Below are positions 57,725 to 64,000 of a DNA stretch of 64,000 nucleotides, piece after piece. The stretch is from a virus (lineage: Duplodnaviria > Caudoviricetes). Within the stretch, counting starts at the first letter, position 1. Every line of letters begins with the position of its first letter. Under the pieces are notes generated by a model. It saw only the letters and a list, made by a program, of their open reading frames with translations. It was not told the DNA's origin and searched no databases. The position numbers were made by a program, and so were the translations under genes. The stretch is from the IMG/VR virus record IMGVR_UViG_3300047321_000298, positions 160,001-224,000 of that record. One strand, written 5' to 3'.

Positions 57725-58945
57725 ATGCTCGTTGCCAAACCAATCGTATCTATCGAACACTCTGTCAAGCACACTCCGAACCGTGTGGCCCTAGACGACA
57801 TTGAGTTCATCGCACAGAACGCGAGCGAGATGCTGATGAATGTGCGTGAGAGCATGCTTGCTCCGCATCCGCGAAAACACGCGCCTGTGTTCACAACCTC
57901 ACAACTCGCGTCGCTCTGCCAGGTGGATCGCAAGAAGATCAACTATTACTGGGAGAAGCCTGAACTCGGCCTGCCCCAAGGCACAGTGCTGCCGCGTACG
58001 CGCGAATTCACGCTGGTCGAAGCGCGCGAATGGGTCAAGAAAGTTGGCCCGTACCTGAAGCGGCCGGACGGTGTTAAGGGCAAAAAGATTGCAATCGGAA
58101 ACTTCAAAGGGGGCGTCTCCAAAACTACAACAGCGATGACTCTGGCTCAGGGCCTGTCGCTGCGCGGTCGGCGCGTGCTGATAATTGATCTTGATCCGCA
58201 AGCATCGCTCACCGCGTTGAACGGAATCTTGGCTGACAGCGAAGTCAATGAAGACCAAACGATTCTGCCACTCATTTACGGTGAAGCGGACTCGCTCGAA
58301 TACGCGATCCAGCCGACGTACTGGGATGGTATCGACCTCATTGCGGGCAGTCAGTCTTTGTTCAGCGCTGAATTTTACCTTCCCTTCAAGCAGTCACGCG
58401 AACGCGAATTTCGTTTTTGGGAAGTGCTGGAAAAGGGCTTGGAACCTCTGCTCGATCAGTACGACATGATCATCATCGACACGCCCCCTGCCCTCTCCTA
58501 CGTTACGATCAACGCGTTCATGGCCGCAGACGGCCTGATTGTTCCGACTCCGCCGAACGCACTGGACTACGCATCGTCCACGCAGTTCTGGTCGCTGTTC
58601 ACGGACTTCGCACGGAGCATGAAACAGATCGTGCCGGACCTGAACAAGCACTTCGATTTCATCCACGTCCTGCTCGCTAAAGTCGATCAATCGCAGGCAG
58701 CAACGTTCGCCGTGCGCGAGTGGATTAACCGCACGTACGAGCGTCATGTGCTGCCGGTTGAGATTCCCACGACGACCGTGACATCGAGCGCATCGACCGA
58801 GTTCGGGACCGTCTACGATATCTCGAAGTACGACGGCAGCAATAAAACCTACCAGCGGGCGCGTGAAGCATACGACCGATTTGCAGAGATGATCGACCAG
58901 GAGATTTTCGCGCTGTGGACCTCTGAACTGGAGGTCGCAGCATGA
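57725..58945 (+). CDS. parA: type Ia plasmid partition ATPase
   Basis: N-terminal HTH extension; KGGVSKTT deviant Walker A, DLDPQASL, DTPP; RBS ggggag before ATG 57725 (ORF is open from 57662). Confidence 0.95.
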   Translation: MLVAKPIVSIEHSVKHTPNRVALDDIEFIAQNASEMLMNVRESMLAPHPRKHAPVFTTSQLASLCQVDRKKINYYWEKPELGLPQGTVLPRTREFTLVEAREWVKKVGPYLKRPDGVKGKKIAIGNFKGGVSKTTTAMTLAQGLSLRGRRVLIIDLDPQASLTALNGILADSEVNEDQTILPLIYGEADSLEYAIQPTYWDGIDLIAGSQSLFSAEFYLPFKQSREREFRFWEVLEKGLEPLLDQYDMIIIDTPPALSYVTINAFMAADGLIVPTPPNALDYASSTQFWSLFTDFARSMKQIVPDLNKHFDFIHVLLAKVDQSQAATFAVREWINRTYERHVLPVEIPTTTVTSSASTEFGTVYDISKYDGSNKTYQRAREAYDRFAEMIDQEIFALWTSELEVAA

Positions 58946-59973
58946 GCATTAAGGAGAAAATGGCGGCCCGAACTGCGGCGATTGCAAGCCCCAGCGGTAA
59001 CCGGCCAGTCGAACCGCTAGCTCGCCCGAAAACTGGTCCAGGTCAGTTTCTGGCCGCAATGCCGATCCTTGCAGAGAAAGAGGAAGAACTGGAAAAGGCG
59101 AACGCTGAGAATGCAAGTTTGCGCGAGCAACTTGAGCAGGCGTTGGCGAATGGAAATCCATTGGGCTCCGCCGTTGAGGTTCCGCTCGATCAACTTCATG
59201 AGGTCCCTGGGCGTCGGCGCTACATGCCCCGCGAAAAGTACATCGAACTTCGCGACAACCTGAAAACCACCGATTTGATTCATGCGGTGGTCGTCCTGCC
59301 ACGTGAATCAGGTGGCTACGAAATCTGGTCCGGACACCATCGGGTGGACGCGTATCGCGAGCTTGGCCGCACCACGATCATGTGCGTCATGGGCAAGGCT
59401 GAAAAGGCTTCTGTCAGCGCCGGGGCGTTCTACGCAAACCTGATGCAGTCGGACCTGACCGATTTCGAAAAGTACCAGGGCTTCAAACGAATTCAGGAAG
59501 AAAACCCGGGCATCACGCAAGCGCAGATGGCGGAGCGTGCGGGCGTAGCAACTTCCGTCCTTTCCCGGTTGATGTCATTTGAGCAGCTACCGGAACCAGT
59601 CCTGCAGATGCTGAACGAGCGCCCTGCTTTGCTTGGTGCGACCTCTGGCAGCGCACTCTCCGGACTGGCCGCAGAGGGGAAAGCAGAACGTGTAATTGAA
59701 GCTGTGCAGAAACTGGCGAAGGGCGAAATTGACCAGACACAGGCCGTGAAGCTGGCGAGCACGGAACCGGCAAAGCCCAAAGAAACGAAGAAGGCAGAGC
59801 GGGTAAAAGTTCGCGTTGGCAAAGCCGTGTATTGCAGTATGAGCACGGCACGCAACGTTGTGCGGATGGAATTTCAATCGGAAGAGGAAGCCGCAGCAGC
59901 TAGGGAAGGGCTAACGGCATTTCTGGAAGCACGGGCCGAAGAATTACGGGCGCAGGCACAGGACGAAAAGTGA
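58942..59973 (+). CDS. parB: ParB partition protein
   Basis: SGHHR (GxxR CTP-binding motif), HTH TQAQMAERAGVATSVLSRLM; ATGA coupling to parA. Confidence 0.93.
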   Translation: MSIKEKMAARTAAIASPSGNRPVEPLARPKTGPGQFLAAMPILAEKEEELEKANAENASLREQLEQALANGNPLGSAVEVPLDQLHEVPGRRRYMPREKYIELRDNLKTTDLIHAVVVLPRESGGYEIWSGHHRVDAYRELGRTTIMCVMGKAEKASVSAGAFYANLMQSDLTDFEKYQGFKRIQEENPGITQAQMAERAGVATSVLSRLMSFEQLPEPVLQMLNERPALLGATSGSALSGLAAEGKAERVIEAVQKLAKGEIDQTQAVKLASTEPAKPKETKKAERVKVRVGKAVYCSMSTARNVVRMEFQSEEEAAAAREGLTAFLEARAEELRAQAQDEK

Positions 59974-60007
59974 AAGTCCTTTTGAATCAAGGACTTCCAA
60001 GTTGGAA
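59974..60007. promoter_or_regulatory. candidate parS-like palindromes
   Basis: AAGTCCTT-N7-AAGGACTT (59974-59996) overlapping TTCCAAGTTGGAA (59995-60007) directly after parB. Confidence 0.4.
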
Positions 60008-60050
60008 CTTCTGAGGAACACGCAATGAACTGATTCTGAGGCGGGAAAAG

Positions 60051-60082
60051 AAAAAGCCCTCGGCTGGAACCGAAGGCTTTTT
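60051..60082. terminator. hairpin/terminator upstream of repA
   Basis: aaaaagcc...ggcttttt. Confidence 0.6.
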
Positions 60083-60228
60083 GCATAAAAGGGCTCGGCT
60101 GGAAATCCGTTCCCCGCACTACACTCACCGACTGGAAATCGGCAAGGACCTCAACAATCCCGAGTGTAGCGGAACGAGATTGACAGTCAAGTGAATTCAG
60201 CCATTTTCTGAAAAATGGACTGCACAGC

Positions 60229-61461
60229 ATGTCAATCGCGCAACACTCCGTTGCTGGCGAGGGTGAAGCTCGCCCCCAGCAGTCAGTACCCGCCGAAGTC
60301 TCAAACGATGCAGCCGCCCTTGCCGCGTTTCGCTGCGATTCGATCAACCTTCCGTGGGTTATCTTTCGCGCTGCATTCCGCGCAAACCAGATCGAACAAC
60401 TGCCAGCACGCGCACGTTCTGTTCTCGCTGCCCTAGCCCGTACAGTTGACGCTAATCGCCCGTTCGCTGCGATCTTTGCCCGCCGTGAGTTATTGACCGG
60501 CCGCGCAATGCAATCGATGCGCACGTTCTATCGCAGCCTGGACGACCTAGAAGCCGCAGAACTCATCGAACGTCGTCCGCAATCCCGCTACGTTGAAGTC
60601 GGTCGATTCGGCCGTGCGAATTTGCATCTCACAGAGCGCGCAGTGGTTCTTCTTGGATTGGTTGAGGTGCAGGCCGAGCAACTCCCTACAGCGCCCGCAG
60701 AAACGGCTCAGACGCCCTCACATGCCGTCCGGATGCAGACCGCAGAACCCAGCGTTTCTTCGTTTATCCGCCCGACTGCCAACGTGGCAGACGGTGCTAT
60801 ATATGGTGATCTTTACCCTGCTTCTTCTCAAAAGAGACAACCGGGGCAACTGCCTGCGGACCTCCAACGTCTGCGGTCCCTGGGTTTCATTGATTTCCTG
60901 ATTTTCAAACTCATGAAGGAAGCGCGAGAGAATCGCAAACGGCTCTCCGACGTTGTTGAAGCTACGTGGGAACATCTGAAGGCTGCGAAGCGACCGATCA
61001 ACTATCTGCGTGCGCTGCTTCGTAGCCCTGTCGATTTCGCTCATCAATTGCGAAGCAAGGCCGAAGCTCGACACGCGGCACAACGTCAAGTCGAACGCGC
61101 AGCGAACGCGGAACTCATTGCACAACGGTGTGCAGGACAGACGTTTATCGACACTGACGGCCAGCGCAAGTACGTGCTCGATACGGACGGCCAGTCCATG
61201 ACGGTGTACGTTCGTGGCGAAGGGGTGGGGCGGCAGGCTGCAGGCTGGAAGGAGCAGTTCGCAGAGGCGCTTGAGAAGGGACGCATTCGTCGTGCTGCGC
61301 TCGATAACTTGGAGGCGTTTGGTCCGGCACCCACACAGACAGCGAGAGCGTCAGCAGGGGAGGGCCACACCGCGAACGTAAAGCCACCGGTTACCGCTCA
61401 AGTCCGTAGCCACATCGCTGGATTGCGTGCCATTCTTCGCACACAGCGGAGTATTATGTAA
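60229..61461 (+). CDS. repA: plasmid/chromid-type replication initiator (wHTH)
   Basis: LPARARSVLAALARTVD...SMRTFYRSLDDLEAAELIERRPQ wHTH; follows parAB as in Burkholderiaceae secondary replicons. Confidence 0.8.
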   Translation: MSIAQHSVAGEGEARPQQSVPAEVSNDAAALAAFRCDSINLPWVIFRAAFRANQIEQLPARARSVLAALARTVDANRPFAAIFARRELLTGRAMQSMRTFYRSLDDLEAAELIERRPQSRYVEVGRFGRANLHLTERAVVLLGLVEVQAEQLPTAPAETAQTPSHAVRMQTAEPSVSSFIRPTANVADGAIYGDLYPASSQKRQPGQLPADLQRLRSLGFIDFLIFKLMKEARENRKRLSDVVEATWEHLKAAKRPINYLRALLRSPVDFAHQLRSKAEARHAAQRQVERAANAELIAQRCAGQTFIDTDGQRKYVLDTDGQSMTVYVRGEGVGRQAAGWKEQFAEALEKGRIRRAALDNLEAFGPAPTQTARASAGEGHTANVKPPVTAQVRSHIAGLRAILRTQRSIM

Positions 61462-61520
61462 GGAGTACATACTACATTAGACGAACGCTGCGCTTGGGTG
61501 TCGTGTTGATGGTTTGCGAT

Positions 61521-61609
61521 TCCGTGAAACACTTCGGAACCTAGCTGAAAACGGGCAAACGTTTGGCTATTCAGCGACTTGGCGCTAGGTCCTCAGTTTG
61601 TTTCACGGA
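61521..61609. repeat. long bulged inverted repeat downstream of repA
   Basis: tccgtgaaaca/tgtttcacgga, acctagc/gctaggt, gctgaa/ttcagc around central caaacgtttg. Confidence 0.65.
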
Positions 61610-61755
61610 TTTGTCAGGAAATCCCTACGCGGATCGAGCAAAACGGCTCGTTTTCTGGCCTAGCGCACGCGGCGCACAGCATTCGCTGGAAACTGTAGTG
61701 AATGCTACGTATTTTGTAATGACGAAATTCTTGGCCACCACTCGCGGAAAACGTA

Positions 61756-61783
61756 TTGACGTTTTGTGCAGACGGCGTAAAAT
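61756..61783 (+). promoter_or_regulatory. sigma70 promoter with the 15-bp element
   Basis: TTGACGTTTTGTGCA; TTGACG-N16-TAAAAT. Confidence 0.8.
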
Positions 61784-61821
61784 CGGGTTTGTCGGATGTG
61801 AACGAACCGGAGCAAGAATAA

Positions 61822-62685
61822 ATGGCCTCAAACGAAAAGGTGTACTTCATCGAAACCGATGACCTAGCGAAGCTGGATCGTCTAGCCGACCGGATGATGG
61901 GCGGCACTGATCAGGAACGCGATTTCGGTCACACGCTCTGGTACGTCCTGGACCGGGTACGCAAGAACGAGCTTGACGCGAGCGTGTTGAAGTAACGCGG
62001 CACCGGCAGTCTCTATAACTATGTGGAGTGCATCATGTGTGTAGCTCAAATCAGCAGCGCCCAAGACGAACTGATGGCCCTGATCCGCAAAGCTCAGTCG
62101 CGCGGCCTGAACGTAGTGAATATCGAATTCGAGGAAAGGGCTCTGGCGGAAGAGGGCGCGTTCATCATCGACACCGTGCAGGTTGCAAGCAAAGGTTTCG
62201 GACCGTATCCGCTTGGACATATCGCGGCACGAGAGCGTATTGCCGAATGGCTGTGGAAGCAGTCGCCCGCGTACAAGGCTCCGTCCTTCCTCGGTCGTAT
62301 CTGATGGACGAGCCGACTTTCGATGTACCTCTGACGGAGGGCGAAATCATCATAATCCGCGAAGCCCTTCGCAAGTTTCCGCGTTCGCACGAAATGGCAA
62401 CCCTGTACGACGCAGAGATTCTGAGCGCGGACCGCAAGATGACTGAGTTGCTGGCAGCTTCATTCGATCAGCATATGGGTCTCAAACCATGACCAAACTG
62501 ATCGGGGGCTGACGATGGACGCCTTCGAGCGCCAGCAGCGAGCATACGAGCAGGGAGAGAGGGCGTATCACGCGGACAAGCCGCGCGAGAAGAATCCGAA
62601 GCGTGGAGAACTTGAGCGCGAGGCTTGGTTTGCGGGTTATGACCGCGCAAAAGAACTGGACGAGTCGAACGACTTCGACGCTTGA
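61822..62685 (+). other. small hypothetical genes
   Basis: CDS 61822-61995, 62023-62304, 62304-62492, 62515-62685. Confidence 0.65.
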
Positions 62686-62707
62686 TTAACAAACCCAAAC
62701 GGAAATT

Positions 62708-63304
62708 ATGGAAAGTAAAACAATTGTGCTAGACGGTGACGGGGTGGTGTTCGATTACCGCAAGGCGTACCCAGGAGTCTGGAAAGCTGCCTTCGGCACC
62801 GACATCATTATGGTGGAACCGAATGCCTACCACGCGCATACGGCGCACGGTGTCCAGTTCGAGAGCGCGGAGCAGGAAGCGCAATTCTTCGAACACTTTG
62901 GTGAAGACGCGTGGGCAACGATGCCGCTTATGGATGGTGCTGACGAGGCGTGTTCGCTGCTCGTCGGCTGTGGCTACAAGCTCGTGATCGTCTCGTCAAT
63001 GAATCCGAAATTCGAAGCCGCGCGTTTGAGCAACTGCAAGCTGCATGGCCTGCCCATCTCTGAGGTCTACGCAGTGAAGCGGGCAGGGGAGGGCAATCCA
63101 AAGTTGCAGGTGCTGCACGATCTGCAGCCGGTCGCTCTGGTTGACGATCTGGTGGACAACTTCGAGGGGCTGAACCAGTCGATTCACTCAGCGTTCATCA
63201 ACTACCAACGCTTCGACTGTCCTAGCATCGGTCGCACGTTGCTGTCAGATAGCGTGCACGGATCGCTTCTGGAGTTCGCGAAGTTCTGGACCTATCCGAA
63301 GTAG
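62708..63304 (+). CDS. HAD-superfamily phosphatase (5'(3')-deoxyribonucleotidase-like)
   Basis: IVLDGDGVVFDY motif I; ALVDD motif IV. Confidence 0.85.
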   Translation: MESKTIVLDGDGVVFDYRKAYPGVWKAAFGTDIIMVEPNAYHAHTAHGVQFESAEQEAQFFEHFGEDAWATMPLMDGADEACSLLVGCGYKLVIVSSMNPKFEAARLSNCKLHGLPISEVYAVKRAGEGNPKLQVLHDLQPVALVDDLVDNFEGLNQSIHSAFINYQRFDCPSIGRTLLSDSVHGSLLEFAKFWTYPK

Positions 63305-63333
63305 TTGCACAAAACGTCAACATCCCCTATACT
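63305..63333 (+). promoter_or_regulatory. sigma70 promoter with reversed 15-bp element
   Basis: TTGCAC-N17-TATACT; tgcacaaaacgtcaa (63306-63320) is the exact reverse complement of the consensus. Confidence 0.75.
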
Positions 63334-63362
63334 GAATCTGTGGGTTCACTAGGGGATGCAAA

Positions 63363-63984
63363 ATGTCTGAGTTAGCGCGGCACCTTCGATTTAACGTACT
63401 GGTAGCCAGGCGCGCTTTTCCGGACAATCCCGCGTGGACCGAAGAAGCAGCGTTCATAGCTGGCTTGCTGATCGCGGGTGAGTACGACCGCGATCTTTTC
63501 GAAGAAATGCTGGAGGCACTCTGACATGGCGCTTACCATCAAAAAGGAAAGCCTGATTGACTGGTTTGTCGAAGACGACAGCAAGCCGCCTGCTACTCGT
63601 GTTGTTGCCCGCATCACGAAGACGACCCAGGGTTACCATGTGGCGCTCCGACTGTTCGATTTCAAAGAGCCGTACTTCTTCCAGTACTTTAAGGAAGCAA
63701 AGGCATGTGCGCTCGATCCTGCTTCGCAACCCGACTGACTCTCACAGAGGGAACAAATGAATAAGATTGCAGTGTTTGACCAGATCGACGCGGCATTGAT
63801 TGCAGGTGAGCTTCCGCCGAAATGCGCTAATGCTTGGATGGCGGCTGGCGACAACGCCACCGGTACGGAAGGGTCAGACGAGTTCAAGATTTCGGCCGTC
63901 GAATCGTTGTCGCTGACCGCACCGTTTCAAGAAAACGAGTCGGTTCGTGAATACTTCGATACCAAGTTCGGCTACCAGTGGTAA
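63363..63984 (+). other. small hypothetical genes
   Basis: CDS 63363-63524, 63526-63738, 63757-63984. Confidence 0.6.
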
Positions 63985-64000
63985 CCGCCGACACCTCTCA

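Noticed and set aside
61443-61470. dif/Xer site at the repA end (ttatgtaa)
   Set aside because: Partial XerD-arm match only, no XerC arm, and it coincides with the repA ATG-TAA codons.
61521-61609. Protelomerase (telRL-type) site of a linear phage-plasmid
   Set aside because: Such sites are near-perfect palindromes; this one is bulged and asymmetric, and no protelomerase is in the window.
8836-63304. MazG-like, dCMP deaminase, HAD nucleotidase and PC4 genes as a novel system
   Set aside because: Dispersed, routine auxiliary genes of large phages.
1-64000. Stop-codon recoding, as in some jumbo phages
   Set aside because: Long genes are uninterrupted in code 11, and TAG, TGA and TAA all occur at natural gene ends (e.g. 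TAG at 14425, 32391, 39564).

Overview
This window is part of a large (jumbo-type) contractile-tailed phage genome, roughly 58% GC by eye. It also carries a plasmid-type parA-parB-repA replicon of the kind I associate with Burkholderiaceae, so it is most likely a temperate jumbo phage-plasmid (host and lifestyle are inferred). Layout: RNA-repair and nucleotide genes plus small hypotheticals (1-14.4 kb); a late region with enzymes, neck, HNH, a giant SNF2 helicase, prohead protease, scaffold, major capsid protein, tail sheath and tail tube (14.5-42.9 kb); a tandem array of small genes (42.9-46.1 kb); early-type gene cassettes (46.2-53.5 kb); a leftward block with a toxin-antitoxin pair and a sugar acyltransferase (53.5-57.4 kb); parAB-repA (57.7-61.5 kb); more early genes to the end. 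Main observations: (1) about 19 otherwise unrelated proteins (zeta-toxin kinase, Nudix hydrolase, two HExxH peptidases, ten small array proteins and others) share an N-terminal leader M-x(0-3)-[LI]-N-A-A-x-R-L-x-A, which looks like a capsid-targeting, protease-cleaved propeptide for a modular injected cargo system; (2) a 15-bp element TTGACGNTTTGTGC(A/G) occurs 17 times, overlapping sigma70 -35 boxes in either orientation, and is not seen in the 53.5-61.5 kb maintenance block, like a repressor-operator regulon; (3) a candidate late-promoter motif AATTTCAT. No CRISPR array, tRNA, integrase, terminase, portal or repressor gene was recognised. All functional calls come from motif recognition by eye; no database searches were run.
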